Source: Elusimicrobiales bacterium
GTDB taxonomy: Bacteria > Elusimicrobiota > Elusimicrobia > Elusimicrobiales > UBA9959
Assembly: GCA_049972095.1 (NCBI GenBank)
Contig: JBMFKQ010000001.1
Span: forward strand, 1-16,196
DNA length: 16,196 nt
Direction of reading: 5' to 3'
Under the pieces are notes generated by a model, which ran no database searches, was not told the DNA's origin, and saw nothing but the letters and a program-made list of their open reading frames with translations. This document shows positions 1-8,292 of this stretch, one piece after another. The stretch's first letter is position 1. Each line of letters begins with the position of its first letter. The translations under genes and the position numbers were made by a program.

Positions 1-94
1 GATACGCTATGTCTACCCCTCCTATATTCACCCCCTCCCGCCGCCTCTTTAACTCTACCAAAGCTTTATAATGTGAAACACTAAACCTTATCAT
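1..94 (-). CDS. possible partial CDS running off the left edge (MIRFSVSHYKALVELKRRREGVNIGGVDIAY...), function unknown
   Basis: ATG at 94 (minus) with GGAG 6 nt upstream (101-104); 31 open codons to the window edge; same strand as the upstream operon. Too short to assign. Confidence 0.35.
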   Translation of the reverse strand, partial: MIRFSVSHYKALVELKRRREGVNIGGVDIAY

Positions 95-145
95 ACACAA
101 CTCCAGATATGTCTTAAAATCTGTTATGCTAAAAGTTTATTATGT

Positions 146-871
146 TTATGAGATTGAGTTTTTTTTTTTATTATGGATTTTTTTTGGTTTTGTAAAAAGG
201 GGTGATGAAACGACAAGTGTATGAATTAAATTTGTAAGGGGTTCTTTTGAAGTATTGCTTCTTTCAAGTTTTCTTAGATTTAACTCTGTAATACATTTGA
301 AAACAATATCATTCCAGGCAGGATTTTCAACCCTTATTACGATAGCTTTTACATTATATTTCCTTAGCTCTTTAACTATAGATGATATATCGCTTTTTTT
401 GAGAATATCTGATATCTTTATCATTTTTAAACCTAATTTTTTTATCTGATCATTTAGTTTTTTCATCTTTTTGATATCACTGGAAGTAAGTTCATTATCA
501 GAAAAATAAAGGTATAATTCCCTGGATTTTGGCACAATTTTCTTAACTAACTTTATTAATTTTATATAAGCTTTCTTTTCTCCTTTCATTATTTTTTTTA
601 CGAAAGTCTCGCTTTTTGTAACAATCCAAGGTATCTCTTTTGGTAATGTATTCTTAATAAATCTAAAGACATCTGGAGAGTTAGAGTATTTGAGACTTTT
701 TTCCCCAAGAGAGGCATAGAAAATTATAGGGAAAAAACCATTTTCAATAAGTTTTATTAGTGCAAGGTGCGAGTCTTTTCCACCTGAATATGGAATTATT
801 ACTGTTTTGCCACTTGCTTTGTTATGTTTTATGAGCTTGATTAATCTTTCAGCTGTGTTTTTCATATTCAT
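146..871 (-). CDS. PP-loop ATP pyrophosphatase, divergent Dph6/DUF71 (MJ0570)-like
   Basis: N-terminal PP-loop IPYSGGKDSHLAL; C-terminal LIHTLVVSSPLFTKP resembles the Dph6-family (E)xHTxVxDxPLF end motif; overlaps the lolD stop. Alternative start at 865. Confidence 0.65.
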   Translation of the reverse strand: MNMKNTAERLIKLIKHNKASGKTVIIPYSGGKDSHLALIKLIENGFFPIIFYASLGEKSLKYSNSPDVFRFIKNTLPKEIPWIVTKSETFVKKIMKGEKKAYIKLIKLVKKIVPKSRELYLYFSDNELTSSDIKKMKKLNDQIKKLGLKMIKISDILKKSDISSIVKELRKYNVKAIVIRVENPAWNDIVFKCITELNLRKLERSNTSKEPLTNLIHTLVVSSPLFTKPKKIHNKKKNSIS

Positions 872-1532
872 TTAACTTCTTCTTTTCTATTCTATATAGC
901 TTTTTTGAATATCTTTCTACAAGCTCTCTATTATGTGAGACCATTATAATTGTGACACCTTCTTCGTGGAGCTTTTTAAAATCCTCCATAACCCTTATTG
1001 CATTTTCTATGTCAAGATTTCCTGTTGGTTCATCTGCAAGCAGCAACGATGGTGAGTTTATGATTGCTCTTATAAGAGCTGCTCTTTGTTTTTCTCCCAC
1101 AGATATCTCAGATGGATACTTATCAGCAATATCTTTCATATTGAAATTTTCAAGCAAGGTTAAGATCTCATCTTTTCTTTTTTTCTCTTTAAGTGCAGTT
1201 AGTGGAAGTGTTATGTTCTCATAAACTGTCAGCTCTTCTATGAGTGAGTCGAACTGAAAGACATAGCCTATTTTTTTTAGTCTTATCAGATCCTTATCAT
1301 TTTCAGATATCTTTTTTATATTATTACCTTCAAAGAAAATATCACCTTCGTAGTTTGAGTCAAGTGTTGATATGATGTTGAGAAATGTAGTTTTACCACA
1401 ACCGCTTGGTCCCATTATTGTTATAAAATCGCCTTTTTTAGCTGAAAAGTAAAGATCTTCAAATATTATTCTCTCTCCTTTCGGCTCTGAATATTTTTTT
1501 GTAACTCCTTTAACCTCTATTATATTAATCAT
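849..1532 (-). CDS. lolD: lipoprotein-releasing ABC transporter ATP-binding subunit (LolD-like)
   Basis: Walker A GPSGCGKT, Q-loop GYVFQ, signature variant ISVGEKQR, Walker B LLADEPTGNLD, H-loop VSHN; 4-nt overlap with the lolC/E-like permease. Confidence 0.85.
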   Translation of the reverse strand: MINIIEVKGVTKKYSEPKGERIIFEDLYFSAKKGDFITIMGPSGCGKTTFLNIISTLDSNYEGDIFFEGNNIKKISENDKDLIRLKKIGYVFQFDSLIEELTVYENITLPLTALKEKKRKDEILTLLENFNMKDIADKYPSEISVGEKQRAALIRAIINSPSLLLADEPTGNLDIENAIRVMEDFKKLHEEGVTIIMVSHNRELVERYSKKLYRIEKKKLNEYEKHS

Positions 1533-2728
1533 CCATACCTCACAGCCTCAACGGGATCTATCTCAGAGGCTTTTTTAGCAGGATACCATGCACTTATAAG
1601 TGTAAGTCCAAATGTAAGCAGACAAACCAAAAGAATATCCGAAAATTCAACTTTTACAGGAACCCTTGTGATATAGTATATATCCTGAGGTAGTTCTACT
1701 ATCCTATAGTTTTTTATTATAAAAAGGATAATTGATGAGAGTGAAAAACCTACGAGTGTTCCTCCTGCTGATATAAAAATGGCAGAGTATATGAATATTT
1801 TCTTTATCTGTGATGAGCTAATTCCTATTGCCCTCATTATCCCTATCTCCCTTTTTTTTATGAGTGTCATTATAAAAAGGTTAGATGTTATTGCGAATGT
1901 TGATATGAGAACTATAAGAGAGAGTATAAACGACATAACAAACTTCTCAAGTTTTAGTGCTGAGAAAAGATTTCTGTTTATCTCTGTATATGTCTTGATA
2001 GTTATATAAAATGGAATTTTTTCTTTTATTCTTTTTTTTATCTCATCAACTTTTGTTATATTTTTTATTTTTATCTCAATTCCATTTGCAACTGTGTTTT
2101 CAGAAACAAAGCTCTCTCCATCAGATATGTCAGTAAAGACAGCTGATGAATCATATTCAAAGTATCCGGTGTTAATTATGCCACTTATCTTAAATTTTTT
2201 CATCTTAGGTATTATCCCACCAAGATAACTACTTTGAGGCATCACAGCAACCACCCAATCTCCAATCCAAACACCAAGTGCTTTTGCAAGTTCCTGGCCG
2301 ATTACCGCCTCCCCCTTTGAATGCCATCTGCCATATCTAAGTGCTTTTGATATATTTGTTATTTTTTCTTCATCACTTGCATTTACTGCTTTTATTACAC
2401 ATCCTGATGTTCTTGTTGGGGTTATAAGTATTGCCTGGGTTATTATGAAAGGTGAGAAAAAATCTATTCCATTAACCTCAGATAGTGTTTTTGATATTTT
2501 TTTATAATCATTCTCATTCATATCAGCATAGATAACTATATTTGGATGAAAATCAATGATCTTTTGCTTTATCTCATTCTGAAAACCATTTATTATACTT
2601 AGTGTAGAGAATATTGCGGTGACTGAAAGTGCAACACCAGTAATTGATATCAGTATTGCAAAAAAGCCGGCAGAATTTTTCCCTGTGCCTTTAATATATC
2701 TCAGCGCAATAAAGCTTGCAGTGTTCAT
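1529..2728 (-). CDS. lolE: lipoprotein-releasing ABC transporter permease (LolC/LolE family)
   Basis: N-terminal FIALRY then a TM helix and SIINGFQ; periplasmic domain; NRNLFSALKLEK; KKREIGIMRAIG; C-terminal WYPAKKASEIDPVEAVRYG. One permease gene only, so the C versus E symbol is arbitrary. Confidence 0.85.
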   Translation of the reverse strand: MNTASFIALRYIKGTGKNSAGFFAILISITGVALSVTAIFSTLSIINGFQNEIKQKIIDFHPNIVIYADMNENDYKKISKTLSEVNGIDFFSPFIITQAILITPTRTSGCVIKAVNASDEEKITNISKALRYGRWHSKGEAVIGQELAKALGVWIGDWVVAVMPQSSYLGGIIPKMKKFKISGIINTGYFEYDSSAVFTDISDGESFVSENTVANGIEIKIKNITKVDEIKKRIKEKIPFYITIKTYTEINRNLFSALKLEKFVMSFILSLIVLISTFAITSNLFIMTLIKKREIGIMRAIGISSSQIKKIFIYSAIFISAGGTLVGFSLSSIILFIIKNYRIVELPQDIYYITRVPVKVEFSDILLVCLLTFGLTLISAWYPAKKASEIDPVEAVRYG

Positions 2729-4209
2729 CTGCTTTCTTGTTGCGGCTTTAGCAGAGGAAAGAGTATGACCTCTCTTATTGATGGTTTTGATGTTAAAAAC
2801 ATGGTAAGTCTGTCTATGCCTATTCCAATTCCCCCTGTTGGTGGCATTCCATACTCCATCGCCTCTATAAAATCCTTATCAAGTATATCAGCCTCTCCAA
2901 GATTTTCTTCAAACTTCTGCTTCATCTGTTCTACCAATCTTGATTTTTGATCACCAGGATCATTAAGCTCAGTATAAGCATTTGCTATCTCTATACCACC
3001 AGCATAAAATTCAAATCTTTCAACTATTGCAGGGTCTTGATCCTTTAGTTTTGCAAGAGGTGTTATCGCAGTTGGGTAATCCATTATAAAAACAGGTTCT
3101 TTTATAACATCCTCTATAACCTTGTTCATTATCCTTTCAAATATCTTTGCAGATGGTGTTTTTGAGTCTGCATCAATATTCATTTTTTTTGCAAGCTCAA
3201 TAAGTTTTTCTTTATTAAATGATTTTCCGTTGAGGACATCGTGTATATCCTGGGATGTTTTTTCCTTCCATATTTGGGGCAGATGAAATTTTTTGAAAGG
3301 TGGTCTTATTCTTATCCTTCTGCCTTCATATTCCACCTCGTCAGTTTTAAATTCATCTGAAAATTTTTCAAAAAGTGTTTCAACAAGCCTAGCCATATCG
3401 TTGTAGTCAGAATAGGCTTTGTATGCTTCAAGGGTCGTGAACTCTGGGTTGTGCTTTGTATCTATACCTTCGTTTCTGAAAACCCTTCCTATCTCATAAA
3501 CCCCATCAAATCCACCTATTATAAGCTTTTTAAGTGGTAACTCTGTTGCTATTCTCATATAAAGCTCTATTCTCAAAGCATTATGAAATGTTATAAATGG
3601 TCTTGCACTTGCCCCACCTGCTTGAGGCACAAGCACAGGGGTTTCAACCTCTATGTAGCCTTGAGAATCAAGGGTAGACCTTATAATTGATATTATTCTA
3701 TTTCTTTTTATGAATATCTCTTTTACCTCATCATTTGCTATGAGATCAAGATGCCTGCTTCTGTATCTTGTTTCAGAATCTACAAGCCCATGCCATTTTT
3801 CAGGCATAGGTCTTATTGATTTTGAAAGAAGAGTAAAATTTTCAACATTCACTGTAAGCTCACCCGTGTGAGTTTTAAATGTTTTCCCTTCAACACCTAT
3901 AAAATCTCCTGTTGTGATGTATTTTTTGAATATTTCATATTTATCTCCAAGAATATCTTTTTTAAGATATACCTGAATCCTTCCACTTGCATCTTTTATA
4001 TGTGCAAATGTTGCCTTTCCCATTACTCTGAGAAGGATTATTCTACCTGCTGTTTTAATACCACTTCCTATTTCAAGCTCTTTTATCTGTGCTATTTTAT
4101 GGGTTATATTATATCTTGGTGGATATGGCTCTATTCCTCTATTTCTAAGTTCATCCACCTTTCTATAGTTTGATGATATTATCTCATCAAGTGTTGTTTT
4201 GTTTTCCAT
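2725..4209 (-). CDS. lysS: lysine--tRNA ligase (class II)
   Basis: OB-fold N-terminus (AGRI, MGKATF), PEKWHGL, RYRSRHLDL, EVETP, GGASARPF, FRNEGID, HNPEFT, EIANAYTELNDP, YGMPPTGGIGIGIDRL, IREVILFP. Confidence 0.98.
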   Translation of the reverse strand: MENKTTLDEIISSNYRKVDELRNRGIEPYPPRYNITHKIAQIKELEIGSGIKTAGRIILLRVMGKATFAHIKDASGRIQVYLKKDILGDKYEIFKKYITTGDFIGVEGKTFKTHTGELTVNVENFTLLSKSIRPMPEKWHGLVDSETRYRSRHLDLIANDEVKEIFIKRNRIISIIRSTLDSQGYIEVETPVLVPQAGGASARPFITFHNALRIELYMRIATELPLKKLIIGGFDGVYEIGRVFRNEGIDTKHNPEFTTLEAYKAYSDYNDMARLVETLFEKFSDEFKTDEVEYEGRRIRIRPPFKKFHLPQIWKEKTSQDIHDVLNGKSFNKEKLIELAKKMNIDADSKTPSAKIFERIMNKVIEDVIKEPVFIMDYPTAITPLAKLKDQDPAIVERFEFYAGGIEIANAYTELNDPGDQKSRLVEQMKQKFEENLGEADILDKDFIEAMEYGMPPTGGIGIGIDRLTMFLTSKPSIREVILFPLLKPQQESR

Positions 4210-4582
4210 CTTTCAGCACTTCTTTTACTAAACTTATAAGTTTTTTTGGGTCAAATGGTTTTTCAATAAAAGCCTTGACATTGTTTGACATCTCAAAAAG
4301 CTCTCTTATCTGTCCCTTTGCTGTAAGGATTATGAGAGGTATCTTTTTAAACTCATCAGATTCAAGCATTTTTGTCTCAAATGTGTATCCATCCATCTCA
4401 GGCATCATTACATCAAGTATTATTAAGTCAGGTTTAATAGGATTTGTTTTGTTGATAAGCATTTCATAAGCGATTTTACCATTTGCTGCCTCAATAACCT
4501 CAAAACCTTCTTTTTCAAATAGAACCCTTAAAAGAAAAAGAACATCCTTTTCATCATCGACCACCATTATCATCTTTGACAT
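4187..4582 (-). CDS. stand-alone response regulator receiver (CheY-like) protein
   Basis: VVDDE acidic pocket, LIILDVMMPEMDG phospho-Asp, ILTAK, EKPF; no output domain. SD-like AAAGGGGGA upstream; start could be TTG 4585, ATG 4582 or ATG 4573. Confidence 0.92.
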   Translation of the reverse strand: MSKMIMVVDDEKDVLFLLRVLFEKEGFEVIEAANGKIAYEMLINKTNPIKPDLIILDVMMPEMDGYTFETKMLESDEFKKIPLIILTAKGQIRELFEMSNNVKAFIEKPFDPKKLISLVKEVLKDGKQNNT

Positions 4583-4625
4583 CAATCCCCCTTTAAGATT
4601 AATATATAATGTTAGCCATCCTTAA

Positions 4626-4708
4626 ACTCAAAGAGGCTTGCCTTTTCAAATCCCCAGAGAAAATAAAAATCTCTTTGGGAATGTAAAGAGCATAGCCCCT
4701 TAACGAAT
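4626..4708 (-). other. long imperfect intergenic hairpin (candidate structured leader, small RNA or terminator-like element)
   Basis: Minus-strand nested pairing AAGGGGCT/AGCCTCTT, TGC/GCA, CTTT/AAAG, CA/TG, TCCC/GGGA, AGAGA/TCTCT around a U-rich 9-nt loop; G-U pairs favour the minus strand. Confidence 0.55.
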
Positions 4709-4719
4709 ATACCTATAAA

Positions 4720-6090
4720 TTAAATTTTAGCATATTTTTTAGCAATGGTTTTGAATATCTCTTGTGCAAGTGTATGAAGTGTAGGGTCTCTTGCACCTGT
4801 CAGAAGTATTATGTCTTTCTCTTTTACATTTCTTTCTATAAATCTAAGCAGATCCTTTCTTTCAGCAAAGAAGAATGCATTTTTTTTCTTTTTTACCTCG
4901 TCAACTACATCCTTTGATGAGATATCTTTTTTAACACTGCCACCGGCATAGTATATCTCATTCATTATAAGAATATCCTTGTCCCTCAGCATACTTGAAA
5001 ATATCTCTATAAGCTCATCTTTAAACATTCTTGTAGGTGCGAAACCATGTGGCTGATGAATAAAAATAACCCTTCTCCCATTAGAGTTAGAAAGACAGTG
5101 TTTTAGAGTAGATGATATCTTGTGTGGATTGTGAGCATAGTCATCTATAACGCTTATACCTTCAATCTCTCCAATAAGATTAAATCTCCTGAAACTTCCT
5201 TTAAAATTCTCAATAGCCTTAGATATCTTTTTTATTTCCAAACCCATCTCTCTACACACACTTATAGCTGCAATAGCATTGGTTATGTTGTGGATTCCAC
5301 CAAGAGAAAGTTTGAAATCATAATCAAATGCTTTAAATTCTGAGTAAAAAAGCTCTGACTTTTTTATCTCAACACCACATTTCTTAATACCATAAGTAAA
5401 ACAGTTTTTGATATATTCTTTTAGTGATAATGAGTTTTCATCATCTTCATTCAAAAATACCTTCCAAGAGTTTTGGGCAAATCTTGTGAATATTTTTTTT
5501 AGCTCATTAATCTCTTTATGATCCCTTTTTATGTTGTGTATGATTGAGATGTATGGGTGATAATTTTCTATTGTTGAGTCTGACTCATCAGCTTCTATGA
5601 CCAGATAATTACCCTTTCCATAAAATGCGTTTCCTATAAAACCTTTTTCCATAAGCGATATAAGAAATCCACCATTTATGAGTGATGGTTCATATCCGCA
5701 TTCTGAAAGTATGTGCCATATCATTGCTGTAAGTGTTGTCTTGCCGCTTGTTCCCCCAACTGCAATTGTTTTCTTTGAAGAGATATATTTTGATAAAAGT
5801 TCAGAGCGATGCATAATCTTAAGATTCATTTCCTTCGCCTTCACAATCTCTATATTTGATTTCTCAACAGCAGTTGAGTAAATAAAAAAATCTATATCTT
5901 TTTTAATTCCACTTCCATCCTGAGGATATATCTTTACTCCAAGCCTTTCAAGTTTTTTCTTAATCTGCTTGTTTTCACCTCTATCAAAGGATCTATCGCT
6001 TCCACTAACTTTATGCCCTTCCATGGCAGTAATTTGTGAAAGAGCGCTCATCCCACTTCCGGCTATTCCACAGAAATAGTATTTTGCCAT
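4720..6090 (-). CDS. murC: Mur ligase, MurC/Mpl family (UDP-N-acetylmuramate--L-alanine ligase-like)
   Basis: CGIAGSGMSAL, VSGSD, HRSELL, P-loop AVGGTSGKTT, VIEADESD, GIHNITNA, RRF, DDYAHNP, HQPH. Not in a dcw cluster, so it may be a paralog. Confidence 0.8.
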   Translation of the reverse strand: MAKYYFCGIAGSGMSALSQITAMEGHKVSGSDRSFDRGENKQIKKKLERLGVKIYPQDGSGIKKDIDFFIYSTAVEKSNIEIVKAKEMNLKIMHRSELLSKYISSKKTIAVGGTSGKTTLTAMIWHILSECGYEPSLINGGFLISLMEKGFIGNAFYGKGNYLVIEADESDSTIENYHPYISIIHNIKRDHKEINELKKIFTRFAQNSWKVFLNEDDENSLSLKEYIKNCFTYGIKKCGVEIKKSELFYSEFKAFDYDFKLSLGGIHNITNAIAAISVCREMGLEIKKISKAIENFKGSFRRFNLIGEIEGISVIDDYAHNPHKISSTLKHCLSNSNGRRVIFIHQPHGFAPTRMFKDELIEIFSSMLRDKDILIMNEIYYAGGSVKKDISSKDVVDEVKKKKNAFFFAERKDLLRFIERNVKEKDIILLTGARDPTLHTLAQEIFKTIAKKYAKI

Positions 6091-6105
6091 AAAATTAAAT
6101 TATAC

Positions 6106-8115
6106 CTATTTACAGATTCTTTTTATATCGTTTGCAATAGAAGGGCATCTTTTCTCAACCTCAATCCTTTTTATAAGCTTGCAGGTCTCTTCTTTTTCAC
6201 CTGGGATGTTTATCTTTCCATATAGAGCATCAGCCGCACATGGACATCTTTCAATTGCTTTTGAGTAATTTTCATTAGCCTCGTGATATCTTTTCATGAG
6301 ATAAAGAATATTTGCCTTCTCAACATAAAACTTGTATATGTCTGTTTTCTCTATCATAGCCTCAGAAAGCTTTATAGCTTTTTCAAAATCTTTATTTTTT
6401 TCAAACTCAACTATTTCAAAAACCTTTGATGCAACCTCATCAGTGTATCTACTACTAAGGCATTTTCTCTTTATATAATCCTGAGCAGATGTTATATCAA
6501 AGCTGCAGTCAAACTGGTGTTTTTTACCGGTTTTTTTTATAATATCATTTGCTTTAATACATATCCTTTCCATATTTTCTATATCCCTTCCTGCAATAAC
6601 AAATGATGGGTATGTCATAGAGTTTTCTTTTATTCGCAATGAAAGCTCTTTATTTATTCTCTTTTCTCTTTCATTAGATGGATCCCTTAGATACGATGAT
6701 GATATCTCATACCAGTTGTTTTTAAGATACTCAAAAGCCAACTGCTCTTGGTTTATATCAATGAGTTTTAAAAAAATTACAAAATCTATATTGAAAAGAA
6801 TATTTTTTTCTTTTTTCTTAATATTTCCTTCTGCAATATCAATAATATTTTTTATATGAGATGTATGCAGATAATCTTGCTTGGATACATATTCTTTCAT
6901 ATCTTTTATGGCGTTTTTATAGTCTGAGGCATTAAGCTTTTCTAAACAATCTACAAGATAAAGCACAGGATGGCTAAGGATTTTTTTTGACGAAAAGAAG
7001 GGATATGTCATAATCATTAATGAGACTATAATAGGGGGAAGAATTAGTGATGTGAAAACACTGGGAGTTTTTTCTGTTATCTCTTTTTTTGGAAAGAATA
7101 AATATGTCAGTATGAATGAAAACATAAACCCTAAAGGGAAAAAATATCTTTTCTCAACTGAGGAAAGAATATGAATAAACACAAAAAGATAAACAATTCC
7201 AATCATCTTAAGAGCTATTTTGTTTCTTTTTATAATTGCAACAATAAATGGAAGTAGTGCAATTATGTGAAATATTTTTAAGAAGAAGATAAATCTATTT
7301 AGAAATGCTTTGAGTTGGAGTTTTAAAAAAATATATGTATTTATATCAGTGTTGCTATCAAGTATGATCTGTTTTAAAATATGTGTATTTTCCTCAGCTG
7401 TGTGTGTAAGAGCAGCAAGTGATGTTAGAATGTTAAGTTTTGCCCTTCCCATTTCTGTAAAGTAGGGAGTTCCTGATATACTTAGAGAAAAAAAGGCCCA
7501 AGGTATTAACCATAAATATGGGGTTATAAGAAGTATTAAGGCATTTTTAATATCTTTTTTTGTCATAATCTCATAGATGAAGAAGATCGGTGGTAAGATT
7601 ATTAAAGGGGATCTTATCAAGAATGATGATCCAAAAACAGATGCAAAAAGAATATTATTTTTAGTTGAGTTTGTTTGTTCTTTTAGATAGAAGAAAAAAA
7701 GGGAAGATGTTAGATATACTGAATATATTATCTGTTCAACATCAGAGCATTCTCTGAATGTGTATATATTAAAGAGCAAAAGAAGCGAAAAGAAAATGAG
7801 TCCCCAACTACTATTTATTTTTTCAGCTGAAGAAAGAAGTGCTGAGTAGGAGAGAAGATATATAAGAAATACATAAAGGAGTATATATTTAAGCTCTATG
7901 ATTGAAAATATGGAGTAAACTGCATTAGAAAGTGGCATTATGCCAATTACACTTTCATATGGGATAAGATTAAAATCAATCTTTTTCATAAAAATAATAG
8001 CTGTAAAGAAAAGTCCTTTTTCTTTGACCCAATCGATGATAAGTTCGCTTGTTAACAAAACAGAGATATATGATAGAATTAATATCAAAGTTATTTTTAA
8101 AAATCTTTTTTTCAC
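6106..8115 (-). CDS. polytopic membrane protein with C-terminal TPR-like region (possible GT-C-fold glycosyltransferase)
   Basis: GTG start; about ten or more hydrophobic segments in the first ~370 aa; SVEKRYFFP resembles the (E)RY motif of GT-C/TMTC-like proteins; TPR-like YVEKANILYLMKRYHEANENYSKAIERCP. Confidence 0.6.
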   Translation of the reverse strand: MKKRFLKITLILILSYISVLLTSELIIDWVKEKGLFFTAIIFMKKIDFNLIPYESVIGIMPLSNAVYSIFSIIELKYILLYVFLIYLLSYSALLSSAEKINSSWGLIFFSLLLLFNIYTFRECSDVEQIIYSVYLTSSLFFFYLKEQTNSTKNNILFASVFGSSFLIRSPLIILPPIFFIYEIMTKKDIKNALILLITPYLWLIPWAFFSLSISGTPYFTEMGRAKLNILTSLAALTHTAEENTHILKQIILDSNTDINTYIFLKLQLKAFLNRFIFFLKIFHIIALLPFIVAIIKRNKIALKMIGIVYLFVFIHILSSVEKRYFFPLGFMFSFILTYLFFPKKEITEKTPSVFTSLILPPIIVSLMIMTYPFFSSKKILSHPVLYLVDCLEKLNASDYKNAIKDMKEYVSKQDYLHTSHIKNIIDIAEGNIKKKEKNILFNIDFVIFLKLIDINQEQLAFEYLKNNWYEISSSYLRDPSNEREKRINKELSLRIKENSMTYPSFVIAGRDIENMERICIKANDIIKKTGKKHQFDCSFDITSAQDYIKRKCLSSRYTDEVASKVFEIVEFEKNKDFEKAIKLSEAMIEKTDIYKFYVEKANILYLMKRYHEANENYSKAIERCPCAADALYGKINIPGEKEETCKLIKRIEVEKRCPSIANDIKRICK

Positions 8116-8121
8116 ATCAAA

Positions 8122-8152
8122 ATTTTACAAAACTTGTTTTATATTGTAAAAT
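8122..8152. promoter_or_regulatory. symmetric, putatively bidirectional sigma70-type promoter (TTTACA-17-TAAAAT on both strands)
   Basis: Inverted repeat ATTTTACAA-N13-TTGTAAAAT. Plus strand: -35 8124-8129, -10 8147-8152. Minus strand: -35 8150-8145, -10 8127-8122. Both spacers are 17 nt. Confidence 0.65.
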
Positions 8153-8160
8153 GATTTAAA

Positions 8161-8232
8161 GCGCGGTTAGCTCAGAGGCAGAGCACCTCCCTTACAAGGA
8201 GGGGGTCGTAGGTTCGAGTCCTGCACCGCGCA
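8161..8232 (+). tRNA. tRNA-Val (anticodon TAC), CCA not encoded
   Basis: Acceptor GCGCGGT/ACCGCGC, D-arm GCTC/GAGC, anticodon arm CCTCC-CTTACAA-GGAGG, T-arm GTAGG-TTCGAGT-CCTGC, discriminator A8232 followed by TTTG. Confidence 0.97.
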
Positions 8233-8292
8233 TTTGTTAGTTAAAAAGCTTTTTGGTGATGTAAACATATTAATGAGATAGAATGGGTTTGG

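Noticed and set aside
159..185. Poly-T tracts (11 and 8 nt) as phase-variation sites
   Set aside because: They lie in the last codons of the PP-loop gene where slippage would change little, and A/T runs are common throughout the window.
4590..4719. T-box or lysine riboswitch controlling lysS
   Set aside because: The region is too short, with no T-box UGGNACC bulge or recognisable lysine-riboswitch core; kept only as an unassigned hairpin.
8243..8254. Perfect palindrome AAAAAGCTTTTT after the tRNA
   Set aside because: Low complexity in AT-rich DNA and no loop for a stable hairpin; cannot be called a terminator or operator.
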